The notes under the pieces are model-generated. The model worked only from the letters and a program-made list of their open reading frames with translations, was not told the origin of the DNA and made no database searches. The position numbers were made by a program, and so were the translations under genes. 64,000 bases of DNA from Spirochaetota bacterium (GTDB taxonomy: Bacteria; Spirochaetota; UBA6919; CBDBPB01): the NCBI GenBank assembly GCA_965208615.1, contig CBDBPB010000007.1, positions 192,001 through 256,000 on the forward strand. Reading direction: 5' to 3'. This document shows, in pieces, positions 8,035 to 17,820 of this stretch. How positions within the stretch are numbered: the stretch's first letter is position 1; each line of letters opens with the position of its first letter.

Positions 8035-9582
8035 ATGAGTAGTATAAAGGATATTTCAAAAGTTTTAATTGTAAATGATTCCACCAGCGAGCAAGCTTTA
8101 ATTAGTGATATGCTAATTATTTTTCATACTAAAATTGTAGAAAATGAATTTCATTTATTTAATGTACTTAGCTCTTGGGAACCTAATATTATTATTATGA
8201 ATAATGTTCTAATTGACTCAGACGGATATACACTTGCTGAGAAGATTCGTTCTAATTCTAATTTTGATTATATTCCAATTATTCTAACAGCATCTCAGGA
8301 TCATCCAGTGGATATTCAAAGGGCTTATGAAGTAGGCTGTAATTCTTATTTGAACAAGCCTTTTTCTAAAGAGAAGCTTTTGGATACTTTTTCATCTTTC
8401 GGCTCTAAGCATAGGAGTATTTCTACCAATCTTCTTATAGTAGAGGATTCAAGGGCAATTCGTACTATTATATCGGCTCCATTTATGAAGAATCAATATG
8501 TTGTTGAAGAGGCAGAAAATGGTGAGCATGCTCTTGAGATCCTAAAAACCTTTACTCCTGATGTGATGACTGTTGATATTGATATGCCAAAAATGGATGG
8601 CTTAACCTTGTGTGATAGGGTTAGGAAGATCGAACGTTTAAAAGATGTACCTGTAGTTGTTATTTCTGGAACTATTGACCATGAAATCAGGAGTAAGGGA
8701 TATGAAGTGGGAGCTATTGAGTTTTTCCAAAAGCCTTTTAGCTCCGAGGATATATTTTATTATATTGATCAACTTGTAGAGAGTCTTAGGAGTGATAATG
8801 ATGTAAAGATTTTGGTAGTAGAGGATTCTCCTATGGAACAGCATATTATAAAGTTTGCTCTTATGAGGGGGGGGTATAGACCCTATGTTATACCTAGTGG
8901 TGAGGAGGCTATAGAGCTTGCTAATAATGTTGAATTTGATCTCATATTAATGGATATATTGTTAGAGGGACAAGATGGATTATCTACATGCCGTATGTTA
9001 AAAGAAAATCCTAAGACTAGGGATATAGCTATTATAATGGTTACAGGGATAACTGATTCTATATTACAGAGTTTTGATGTTGGTGCAAACGATTATATCG
9101 GAAAGCCTTTTAGTACTGAGGAACTTGTTAGCAGGGTAAAGATTAATTTGGATAAGGCTTTATCGGTTGAGAAACAAAAAAGTTATCAGCTTTCTGTTGA
9201 AAAAAACTTTGAGTATAATGTTAAAAAACAGGATATGATTATAAAATATCTCATAAATTATATTAATGATTTAGTTATAATCATAGACTCTAGTGCCGCA
9301 CTTATTTATTGTAATAATGCTCTTATAGAGCTAACCGGAAGTACAGAAAAACAGCTTAAGGAAGAAAACTGGATAAAAATATTATTCCAGGAGCTGGTTG
9401 AACTCAACTACTTTACAGAGTGGCTAAAAGAAGCTAGTGAGGGCAGTGGTATTAGAGAACGGCAACTTGATATTAGTATTAATAATTTTAAAAAAACCTC
9501 TGTCAGCTGGAGTATCTTTTTACTAAAGGATATAAACGAGGATATAGAGGCTTATTTTATTGTAGGCAAACTTCCTTCATAG
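8035..9582 (+). CDS. Multi-receiver protein (3 REC + C-terminal PAS-like), no recognisable output domain
   Basis: Three CheY-like domains each ending in KPF; REC2 TVDIDMP and REC3 LMDILL keep the Asp, REC1 has IIMNN; PAS-like LVIIIDSSAALIYCNNAL; ATG at 8035 preferred over TTG at 8026. Confidence 0.85.
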   Translation: MSSIKDISKVLIVNDSTSEQALISDMLIIFHTKIVENEFHLFNVLSSWEPNIIIMNNVLIDSDGYTLAEKIRSNSNFDYIPIILTASQDHPVDIQRAYEVGCNSYLNKPFSKEKLLDTFSSFGSKHRSISTNLLIVEDSRAIRTIISAPFMKNQYVVEEAENGEHALEILKTFTPDVMTVDIDMPKMDGLTLCDRVRKIERLKDVPVVVISGTIDHEIRSKGYEVGAIEFFQKPFSSEDIFYYIDQLVESLRSDNDVKILVVEDSPMEQHIIKFALMRGGYRPYVIPSGEEAIELANNVEFDLILMDILLEGQDGLSTCRMLKENPKTRDIAIIMVTGITDSILQSFDVGANDYIGKPFSTEELVSRVKINLDKALSVEKQKSYQLSVEKNFEYNVKKQDMIIKYLINYINDLVIIIDSSAALIYCNNALIELTGSTEKQLKEENWIKILFQELVELNYFTEWLKEASEGSGIRERQLDISINNFKKTSVSWSIFLLKDINEDIEAYFIVGKLPS

Positions 9583-9705
9583 ACTAATTTTTACGCTAAT
9601 CAATATTGATAATTTATAATAATAAAATTGACAAATTTTATCATTTTGGATTAATTTAATATTTTTTTAAAACGAAATATCTTAAATAAACCGGATAACT
9701 ATATT

Positions 9706-11535
9706 ATGATAGCAAGAATAAATAATCTTACTAAGTCCTATGCCAATAAGGAAGTGTTTTATAACATATCCTTTTCTATTATGAAAAATAAAAAGATAGG
9801 TCTTTTGGGCAATAATGGTGTTGGGAAAACTAGTCTCATGAACTGTATTTCTGGTATGGATAAGGAGTTTAATGGTAGTATAGAATTTAAATCTGGTTCT
9901 AGTATAGCTTATCTACATCAGAGTTTATATTTAAATCCCGATAGAACATTGGCTGAGGAGTGTTTACTACATTTTGATCCTGTTATAGACCTTAGGAATA
10001 AGGTTAAGGATATCGAACTTAATATTCATAAGGATTCCTCATTGCATAAAACTTATGGCGATATGCTACACCTTATTGAGGCAGAAGATGGATATAATAT
10101 CGAAAATAAAGTAGAGAAAGTTCTTAGTGGGTTAGGCTTTAGCAAAGATCAAATGAATCAAAAAATATCTACTATGAGTGGCGGTGAACAACGAAGAGGT
10201 CTTTTAGGAAAAATACTATTATCCGAAGCCAATCTCCTACTGCTCGATGAACCCACTAATCACCTTGATATATTCGCTATTAAATGGCTAGAAAGCTTTT
10301 TAAAGGGATATAAAGGGGCTATATTGATGGTATCCCATGACGTTAACCTTCTGGACGGACTTGTAGATGAGATTATAGAAATCGAAAATAATGGTATATG
10401 CTCTTATGGAGGGAATTATCAGTTTTACTTAAAAGAAAAAATAAAAAACTCGGAAAGCCTTAAAAAAGCCTATGACTTACAACAAAAACAAATTAAAAAA
10501 GAAAACGACTTCATTAGAATTAATATTGCAGGACAAAAAACTAAACAAGCTCAAAGTAGACGTAAAAAACTCGATAAGATAGATAGAATTACCTATATAA
10601 ATAAACAAAAAGAATGGTCATTCCATTTTTCTAATGATGTAATGCACCATAGAAACATTTTAGAGCTTAATAATCTGTCAAAAAACTATGGAAATAAAAC
10701 TATATTTAATAACTTATCCCTTAAAGTTGAAAAAGGGGATAGAATTGGACTAATAGGACAAAACGGTTGTGGGAAAACCTCTCTTATAAATACTATCTTG
10801 GATGGTAATAATAAAGCCGTAAAACTCAATACTAATATCAGAATTGCTTATTTTTCTCAGGGTGGACTAAACCTGAATATGGATTTATCGGTTTTGGATA
10901 ATATACAAAATAGTAAAATAACTGAAACAGAGGCTAGGAGCTATTTAGGCTTATTCCAGTTTAGCGGGGATAACGTTTTTAAGCCTGTGAACGTGTTAAG
11001 CGGAGGTGAGAAAACTAGATTAGCTATTCTAAAAATAATATTGATGCCTTGTGATCTTCTAATCCTTGATGAGCCTACTAATCACCTTGATATAGTAACA
11101 AGGGGTATATTATCACGGGCTCTGAAAGACTATAAAGGGACTATTTTAGCTGTATCACATGATCGAGGTTTTATTGACCACTTTGCAAATAGAATAGTTT
11201 TAATCGCCTCTCAAAAAGCCTATTCCTTTTATGGTAGGTATTCTGAAAACGAAAAAGAAATACTTAAACTAATTAGAGAACCATTAAATAATAATAAGGC
11301 ATATCCTAAAGAAGAGACTAAGACTAAAAAGAAAAATATTAACATATACAAAATTGATAGAATCGAGAAAATAATCGATGAACTAGAGCAAAAAAAAAAT
11401 AAACTTACCTCTTTATTAACTGACCCATCAATATACTCTAACTATCTTAAGTTAACAGAAATACAAAAAGAACTTGATGAAATAAATACCCTGTTAAAGA
11501 ATAGATATTCGGAATGGGAAAAACTCCATAACTAA
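9706..11535 (+). CDS. ABC-F family ATP-binding protein (Uup/YheS-like)
   Basis: Two ABC domains (GNNGVGKT, GQNGCGKT; MSGGE/LSGGE; LDEPTNHLD twice), no TM segments, C-terminal coiled coil ending YSEWEKL. Confidence 0.92.
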   Translation: MIARINNLTKSYANKEVFYNISFSIMKNKKIGLLGNNGVGKTSLMNCISGMDKEFNGSIEFKSGSSIAYLHQSLYLNPDRTLAEECLLHFDPVIDLRNKVKDIELNIHKDSSLHKTYGDMLHLIEAEDGYNIENKVEKVLSGLGFSKDQMNQKISTMSGGEQRRGLLGKILLSEANLLLLDEPTNHLDIFAIKWLESFLKGYKGAILMVSHDVNLLDGLVDEIIEIENNGICSYGGNYQFYLKEKIKNSESLKKAYDLQQKQIKKENDFIRINIAGQKTKQAQSRRKKLDKIDRITYINKQKEWSFHFSNDVMHHRNILELNNLSKNYGNKTIFNNLSLKVEKGDRIGLIGQNGCGKTSLINTILDGNNKAVKLNTNIRIAYFSQGGLNLNMDLSVLDNIQNSKITETEARSYLGLFQFSGDNVFKPVNVLSGGEKTRLAILKIILMPCDLLILDEPTNHLDIVTRGILSRALKDYKGTILAVSHDRGFIDHFANRIVLIASQKAYSFYGRYSENEKEILKLIREPLNNNKAYPKEETKTKKKNINIYKIDRIEKIIDELEQKKNKLTSLLTDPSIYSNYLKLTEIQKELDEINTLLKNRYSEWEKLHN

Positions 11536-11549
11536 TAAAATATAGGTGG

Positions 11550-13142
11550 ATGATGTATAGCATAGAAATTAGTAAAAATGGCTATCCAACGTTAAAGTTC
11601 AATGAAAGTTATATACATAGTAGGTATAACCCCGTGTTAGAGGGACTCCGCCTTACTAAAACCCTTGATATTGATAATAAAAACTGTATTATTGTATTCG
11701 GAATGGGTCTAGGTTATCATATTATGCCTTTGCTGGAACTAGGTATTAGGATTCTTGTTATTGAGAAAAATCCTGATATTATTAACTGCTTAAGGCAGGT
11801 TGGCTATACTAATAGATTTAGCAGTATTCATTTATATACAGGGGATGTTTTGGGTATAGAGCTGTGGCTGTCTGATAGGGTTAGTGAGGGGGATAGTGTT
11901 ATATTTTTCGATCATAATCCGTCTAGCAAACTGGATACCCATTACTATAATACTGCTAAGAATATCGCTTATGGTATTATTAAGTCTAACATACACAGCT
12001 ATATTACTAGCTTGGGCTTTTCTAAAAGGTGGCATGAGAACGTTATTAAAAATGTTATACACCTAAATAGATTTTTAAAGGTTAATAAAAACGTTGATAT
12101 GCCTGTTTTTATTATTGGAAGCGGACCAACACTTGATCAGAATATAGACAAGCTGGCAAAAATAAAAAATAAAGGGATATTAATATGTTTGGCTCCATCT
12201 TATAGACGTTTACTGGCTTCGAATATAATACCAGACTTTGTTATATCAACCGATGGGGGTATAGCTAATCGAATGCACATTTCTGGCCATAGCTTTAATA
12301 ATAAATCCATTTTGATTACCAGCCTCTCTGTAAGCACTAATATAATTAATACCTGGAAAGGGAATATCCTCATTATTAATAACGGACTCACCATTGAGGA
12401 CTACCTATTAGACGATTTTATTAAAATACCTATGCAGGGTACTGTTGCATCTGCCGCCTTTTTGTTTGCTAAAAAGTTGTTTAGGGGATCTGTTTTTTTA
12501 TTTGGTATAGATTTTGCCTTTACTAATGGATTATATCATCATAAAGGTGCAGGGCTAGAGAGTAAGATACTTTTTACTACTAACAAACTAAGCCCTTTTG
12601 AAAATAAATATTATAAACTTATAACCGGATTTAATATTAGCACTGTTAAAAATTACAGCGGCAAGGATATATTAACTAGTTTACCTATGGAGTCTTATCT
12701 TAGATGGTTTAGCAGGGAAGTGCTTAATGGTGATAGGGATGTCTATGTTGTTGGTAATAACGGAGCTAAGATTGATGGTGTTAAAAATATTACTACTGAA
12801 GAGCTTTGTCTTAGGTATGATGATGTTGATAAGGACAAAATGTTAAAGCCTATGGTTAACTCTTTATCAATAAATGAGATCAATAGGATTAAGGAAAGGG
12901 TATTTAAACTTTATCAAGGCTATATGCAGATTAAAAAAGAAATCCGTAATAATTATGAGGCCATTTATTCTCTTCTGGAAAAGGATAGTGAAAAAGCTAT
13001 TGGACAAATATTCTCTTTTCAAAATATGAGACTAATCAAAAAGCTTAAAAGAAATAACCTTTCTACTGAGGATTATAACGATTTTTCCTATTCCATAAAT
13101 AGAACCTTAAACATATTAAAGAGGTCAATATCTGGCTGTTAG
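11550..13142 (+). CDS. Motility-associated factor (Maf / DUF115, MptE-like) protein
   Basis: YIHSRYNP, FGMGLGYH, IIGSGPTL, PDFVISTDGG, GTVA, LFGIDFAF. Confidence 0.8.
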   Translation: MMYSIEISKNGYPTLKFNESYIHSRYNPVLEGLRLTKTLDIDNKNCIIVFGMGLGYHIMPLLELGIRILVIEKNPDIINCLRQVGYTNRFSSIHLYTGDVLGIELWLSDRVSEGDSVIFFDHNPSSKLDTHYYNTAKNIAYGIIKSNIHSYITSLGFSKRWHENVIKNVIHLNRFLKVNKNVDMPVFIIGSGPTLDQNIDKLAKIKNKGILICLAPSYRRLLASNIIPDFVISTDGGIANRMHISGHSFNNKSILITSLSVSTNIINTWKGNILIINNGLTIEDYLLDDFIKIPMQGTVASAAFLFAKKLFRGSVFLFGIDFAFTNGLYHHKGAGLESKILFTTNKLSPFENKYYKLITGFNISTVKNYSGKDILTSLPMESYLRWFSREVLNGDRDVYVVGNNGAKIDGVKNITTEELCLRYDDVDKDKMLKPMVNSLSINEINRIKERVFKLYQGYMQIKKEIRNNYEAIYSLLEKDSEKAIGQIFSFQNMRLIKKLKRNNLSTEDYNDFSYSINRTLNILKRSISGC

Positions 13143-13165
13143 AGCTATTAGTTAGAGTAGTTTTT

Positions 13166-13954
13166 TTATATTCCAAAGAGGTTAATAATAAAGGCGTTTA
13201 GTATATAGTCGGATAATATCATTGCAACGCTGGATAGTACAACTCCTTTAGTAGTTGATTTTCCTACACCTTCTGCACCGCCAAAAGTTCTAAATCCTTG
13301 TGTACAGCTTATTATAGCCATTAGTCCGCCAAAGAAAGAGGACTTTATAACTCCTCCAATAATATCCCCAAGGCTGACATAAAGACGAATCTGAGTCATG
13401 TAGGTATTAACGTTCTGATCAAACATACTAATGGCAATAATACCTCCGCCTATTATGCCAACAATATCAGCTATTATAGTTAATACAGGGAACATAGTAA
13501 TTGCGGCAAGAAATCTTGGTACAGCTAAATACTGAACAGGATTAACAGACAAAGTAACAAGAGCATCAATTTGCTCAGAAACCTTCATAGTACCAATCTC
13601 AGCGGCTATAGCTGATCCTATTCTACCAGTAACCATAAGAGAAGTAAATCCAGGTCCAAGTTCACGTACAAATGCAACCCCTACAATTGCACCCAAATAT
13701 TGAGCCGTGCCTTGTAATCTAGCCTCAAGAGTAAAGCCAGTTTGTAGTGCAAGGACCATCCCAATGGATAATGCGGTAATAAGTGCCACAGGTATAGAGC
13801 TGAAGCCTATTTTAACCATTTGTTCTAGTAGGTTTTTAACTGAAAAAGGCCTTTTAAAGCAGAAGATAATAGTTTGGTATGCTAGCTTACTCATTTCTCC
13901 AAGATGGATAAGGCTATTAGTAACTTTGTTTTCTATATGATCTAATATTTTCAT
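13166..13954 (-). CDS. mlaE: MlaE family ABC transporter permease
   Basis: VRELGP, GRIGSAIAAEIGTMKVSEQIDAL, GGAEGVGKSTT. Confidence 0.93.
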   Translation of the reverse strand: MKILDHIENKVTNSLIHLGEMSKLAYQTIIFCFKRPFSVKNLLEQMVKIGFSSIPVALITALSIGMVLALQTGFTLEARLQGTAQYLGAIVGVAFVRELGPGFTSLMVTGRIGSAIAAEIGTMKVSEQIDALVTLSVNPVQYLAVPRFLAAITMFPVLTIIADIVGIIGGGIIAISMFDQNVNTYMTQIRLYVSLGDIIGGVIKSSFFGGLMAIISCTQGFRTFGGAEGVGKSTTKGVVLSSVAMILSDYILNAFIINLFGI

Positions 13955-13972
13955 GTATAGTTTTGGTTAAAA

Positions 13973-15325
13973 TTATCCACTTTTTGCAAGATTATCAAAC
14001 CTAGTTATGTTAGAATTAAAAGCTAGTTGCACTGTTCCAATAGGGCCGTTACGCTGTTTAGCAATAATTACTTCTGCACTACCTTTGTTATCTTCGTTAT
14101 CTGGGAAGTAATATTCATCTCTATAAATGAATGAAACAACATCGGCATCCTGTTCAATGGCTCCAGAATCTCTTAGATCAGAAAGCTTTGGCCTATGATC
14201 TCCACCTCTAGCCTCTACACCCCTGGATAACTGAGAAATAGCAATAACAGGGATCTCAAGTTCTCTTGCCATTGCCTTTAGTGAACGAGAAATAGATGCA
14301 ATTTCATTTTGTCTATTTTCAGACCTTTGAGTATTAGGAGAAGACATTAATTGTAAGTAATCAATAATAATAAGACTAATTTCTTCTCTTACCATAAGTC
14401 GTCGAGTTTTTGCTCTAATATCTAAAGTGGATAAAGAAGGAGAGTCATCCAAAAATATCTTTGCCTTAGAAAGCTCAGAAACTGCACTCGTAATTTTAGG
14501 AAAATCATTAGGTTTAATCTTGCCACTACGTAAAGCATTGGAACTTATTCTCGAATAAGAACTTATAAGCCTTTGACATAGTTGATGTTTATCCATTTCT
14601 AAAGAAAAAAAGATGATGCCCTGTTTATATCTCATGGCAATATTCTCTGTTATATTCAAACAGAAAGTGGTTTTACCCATAGATGGTCTTGCGGCAATAA
14701 TAATAAGATCAGACTTTTGGAATCCGCTAGTCATATTATCGAGTTCGGTAAATCCAGACGCTAAACCTGAATAACTACCCTTAAGATAATATCTTTGTTC
14801 TAATAGCTCTAATGTCTCATTAATAACTTGTTTTATGGGAATAATATCTTGTCTTATACGCTGTTTAGCAATCTCAAATATCTTTGACTCAGCCCTATCT
14901 ACTATTTCTGATGCCTCATCAGTACCATGGTATGCGTTGCTAACAATGTCGGTACAGGCAGTTATTAAGGTTCTAATTAGCCCTTTATCCTTTATGATTT
15001 TGATGTAATATTCAATGTTAGCAGATGTAGGTATGAATTCAACTAATTCATTTAAATATGCGGGTCCACCAGCTTTATTATAACTATGATTGTCTTTAAG
15101 GATATTATTAACAGTAACAAGGTCAATAGGTTCTTCTTTTTCGAAAAGATCTATCATAGCCTTGACAATATACTTATGAACCTCTTTGTAAAAAGAATCT
15201 ATATTTATTAGTTCAATAACTTTAGAAATAGCATTTTTATCTATGAGCATTGAGGCAATAATAGCTTTTTCTGCTTCAATACTTTGAGGAGGTGTTTTTT
15301 CTAATAAACTAGAGGTTTTATGCAT
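13973..15325 (-). CDS. dnaB: Replicative DNA helicase
   Basis: PPQSIEAE, AARPSMGKT, IIDYLQL, SQLSR, DLRDSGAIEQDAD, KQRNGP. Confidence 0.98.
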   Translation of the reverse strand: MHKTSSLLEKTPPQSIEAEKAIIASMLIDKNAISKVIELINIDSFYKEVHKYIVKAMIDLFEKEEPIDLVTVNNILKDNHSYNKAGGPAYLNELVEFIPTSANIEYYIKIIKDKGLIRTLITACTDIVSNAYHGTDEASEIVDRAESKIFEIAKQRIRQDIIPIKQVINETLELLEQRYYLKGSYSGLASGFTELDNMTSGFQKSDLIIIAARPSMGKTTFCLNITENIAMRYKQGIIFFSLEMDKHQLCQRLISSYSRISSNALRSGKIKPNDFPKITSAVSELSKAKIFLDDSPSLSTLDIRAKTRRLMVREEISLIIIDYLQLMSSPNTQRSENRQNEIASISRSLKAMARELEIPVIAISQLSRGVEARGGDHRPKLSDLRDSGAIEQDADVVSFIYRDEYYFPDNEDNKGSAEVIIAKQRNGPIGTVQLAFNSNITRFDNLAKSG

Positions 15326-15877
15326 TTACTGTGTCTCTGTTTTATTTTCCTCAGTCTTGCCTTCAGTTTTGTTCTTAGTTTTGTCTTCAGTTTTGTTCTT
15401 AGTTTTGTCTTCAGTTTTGTCTTTTTCTTCGTTAATAACCTTAAGCTTGATAATAGCATATAGGTTTCCGTAAAACTTAATTTTAATGTCATAGTCTCCA
15501 ATTAGCTTAATGGGCTTTGTTAGTAATATTTGCCTTTTATCAAGATTATAGTTTTTTTCATTTTTGAGAATATTATATATATCCAGCTGAGTTATAGATC
15601 CGAAGAGTTTACCAGTATCTGATGCATTGGCTTTAAGTGTAAGTTCTAGGTTATTCACTTGTTCTACTAAAGACTTTGATGCATCGATTTTTTTAGATTT
15701 TCTATCATCAATTTCTTCTTTTTCTTTTTCAAGCTTGTTAAGATTAGCTTTAGTTTTTGCTACAGCAAAACCAAAAGGTAATAAATAATTTCTTGCATAA
15801 CCGGCAGTTACTTTTTTAATATCCCCTTCTTCTCCGAGTCCATCTATATCTTTTTTTAGAATTATATCTGTTGTCAT
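15326..15877 (-). CDS. rplI: 50S ribosomal protein L9 with repetitive C-terminal extension
   Basis: LGEEGDIKKVTAGYARNYLLP, GKLFGSIT; lies between rpsR and dnaB. Confidence 0.97.
   Translation of the reverse strand: MTTDIILKKDIDGLGEEGDIKKVTAGYARNYLLPFGFAVAKTKANLNKLEKEKEEIDDRKSKKIDASKSLVEQVNNLELTLKANASDTGKLFGSITQLDIYNILKNEKNYNLDKRQILLTKPIKLIGDYDIKIKFYGNLYAIIKLKVINEEKDKTEDKTKNKTEDKTKNKTEGKTEENKTETQ
15361..15420 (-). repeat. About 2.5 copies of a 24-bp coding repeat in the rplI tail (DKTKNKTE)
   Basis: cttcagttttgttcttagttttgt twice plus a partial copy. Confidence 0.9.
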
Positions 15878-15921
15878 TATATTACCCCATAAAATAGTTA
15901 AATAACGTTAAGCTAGTATAC

Positions 15922-16236
15922 CTAATAAGATTGAGTAAAAGGTAAAAGTGCAACGGTTCTTGCTTTTTTAATTTCACGAGTAATAAGTCGTTGATGCTTA
16001 GCACAAGTACCATTTAGCCTTCTTGGTATAATTTTTCCTTTTTCTGTTACGAACTTCCTAAGTAGGCCGATATTTTTATAGTCTATGTTTATACTGTCTG
16101 AGCCACTATACATTTGACATATTCTACATACTTTTTTTCTATAATAAAAAACCCGTTTTTTTTGGTATGACTGCTGATAAGGCCTAGGTTGTTTCGAAGT
16201 TTTACTATCATTAGTATTGCTAGAATTAGTTTCCAT
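15922..16236 (-). CDS. rpsR: 30S ribosomal protein S18
   Basis: [38 protein letters not shown]. Confidence 0.97.
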   Translation of the reverse strand: METNSSNTNDSKTSKQPRPYQQSYQKKRVFYYRKKVCRICQMYSGSDSINIDYKNIGLLRKFVTEKGKIIPRRLNGTCAKHQRLITREIKKARTVALLPFTQSY

Positions 16237-16328
16237 AGATTTTCCTCATTTGTAATATTAAGTTATGTTATACATAAATATAATACAGATATTTATAGTA
16301 AACCCTTATAATTAAAAATAATTAATAG

Positions 16329-16757
16329 TTAAAAAGGAATGTCATCATCCTCGGGGAAAGGAGCATTAAAATCACCAGAATCTGTTTGTTCCGTAGATCT
16401 CTGAGTGTTATTAGGGCTTTGATTAGCTGAACCCCCTATGAACTGTATTTTATCAGCAATAATCTCTATCTTATAACGCTTTTGTCCATTTTGATCTTCC
16501 CATCGATTTTGCCTTAGATAGCCGCCAACAGCAACCTGCCTACCCTTTTGAAGATATTTATGACAGTTTTCTGCAGTAGGGCCAAAAGATACTATATCAA
16601 AAAATGAGACTTCATTATCTGATGACTCATCTCTTTTAGCTTTTCCATTAACAGCTATACTAAATGGACAAACTGCAAGACCAGATTTAGTATATCTTAT
16701 TTCTGGATCTTTAGTTAACCTACCAATTAATAAAACATTATTTATGTCCCAAGCCAT
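16329..16757 (-). CDS. ssb: Single-stranded DNA-binding protein
   Basis: NNVLLIGRLTKDPEIRYT, C-terminal DDDIPF. Confidence 0.98.
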   Translation of the reverse strand: MAWDINNVLLIGRLTKDPEIRYTKSGLAVCPFSIAVNGKAKRDESSDNEVSFFDIVSFGPTAENCHKYLQKGRQVAVGGYLRQNRWEDQNGQKRYKIEIIADKIQFIGGSANQSPNNTQRSTEQTDSGDFNAPFPEDDDIPF

Positions 16758-16806
16758 AATAAACTCCCTTAATAAAGCTATAGTATTACTTTTATTAGTT
16801 AAGCTT

Positions 16807-17169
16807 TTATTTGGTTTTATCAGTTTCTATATTAGTATGTTTTTCAGAAGGATCATTTTTTATTTCTTTCTTTTTCTTTTTTTTAGATAGTTTTTTATCT
16901 TTAATTATTGTTGTCATATACTTTAATACTTTTTCGTTTAGTTTGACATCGTTATTAATATCTTTGAGAGTAGAAGGATCAAGTTCTACTTCAGCCAAGT
17001 AATAGAATGCATTTTCTCGTTTTTTAATTTTATAGGCAAGTTTTTTTATTCCCATTTCTTCTTCTTTTAGGAAGTTGCATCCATATTTCTTTAGTAGTTC
17101 TTTTACATCTTCTTTTGTTTTTTGTTCTTCAAAGACGTCTAAAATAAACATTATTTCATATTTTCTCAA
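16807..17169 (-). CDS. rpsF: 30S ribosomal protein S6
   Basis: MRKYEIMFIL, GIKKLAYKIKK; first gene of the rpsF-ssb-rpsR operon; TTG start. Confidence 0.96.
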   Translation of the reverse strand: MRKYEIMFILDVFEEQKTKEDVKELLKKYGCNFLKEEEMGIKKLAYKIKKRENAFYYLAEVELDPSTLKDINNDVKLNEKVLKYMTTIIKDKKLSKKKKKKEIKNDPSEKHTNIETDKTK

Positions 17170-17175
17170 TACAAG

Positions 17176-17221
17176 GCTCCTTTTGGACTTCTGTTCCTTA
17201 ACTAGATTAAGGACAAGGTAA
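17176..17221 (-). promoter_or_regulatory. S6:S18 ribosomal protein leader (autoregulatory RNA)
   Basis: Minus strand CCTTG-TCCTTAA-tctag-TTAAGGA-acagaagt-CC-AAAAGGAG: inner hairpin, outer stem pairing with the RBS, and unpaired CC just 5' of the SD, immediately upstream of rpsF. Confidence 0.7.
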
Positions 17222-17232
17222 GATAAATCTTA

Positions 17233-17260
17233 AATATAATAAAATTCATATATTTGTCAA
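17233..17260 (-). promoter_or_regulatory. Sigma70-type promoter for the rpsF operon
   Basis: TTGACA-16 nt-TATATT directly upstream of the S6:S18 leader. Confidence 0.55.
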
Positions 17261-17820
17261 GAAAATTAAATATTAGCTAAAGAATTAGTTATCATCAAGA
17301 TAGCTTTTAGTTATAGCGATAATCATATTATGATATTTTCTTTTTTGATAATAAAGCTTCATTTTTTTAAAATAAATTAATTTTATAAGGCTTTTATTTA
17401 ATATATAAAAATTATAATAAAAATCATAATATATTGACTCAATGGTGTTAGCATATTAAAATGATAAAGAGCTGACTCTTTCAGTTGAAAGGCTATAACA
17501 AATTATTGTAACTTAAATATAATTTTATGGCGATATAGCTAAAAGTTGCATGACTAATTTACCGATAATAAGTAACAAGTTGAGCTATCTAGTTATATAC
17601 TAAATAGATAAGTTATGAGTTTGCTTTTATAATAACTAAGAGAGGAATTAATCATAAGCAAAATTATAACAATTGCTACTATACAACTCGCTGAAATACA
17701 GCTTTACTGTTCTAGTATATAAGGCATGGCTTCTAATTTTATATTAGTAATTATTTAAAAGGTCTATTTTGTTAATACTAATGACGTTAGTAAGTTCAAG
17801 TTTTTATATTAAAGCGGGGA

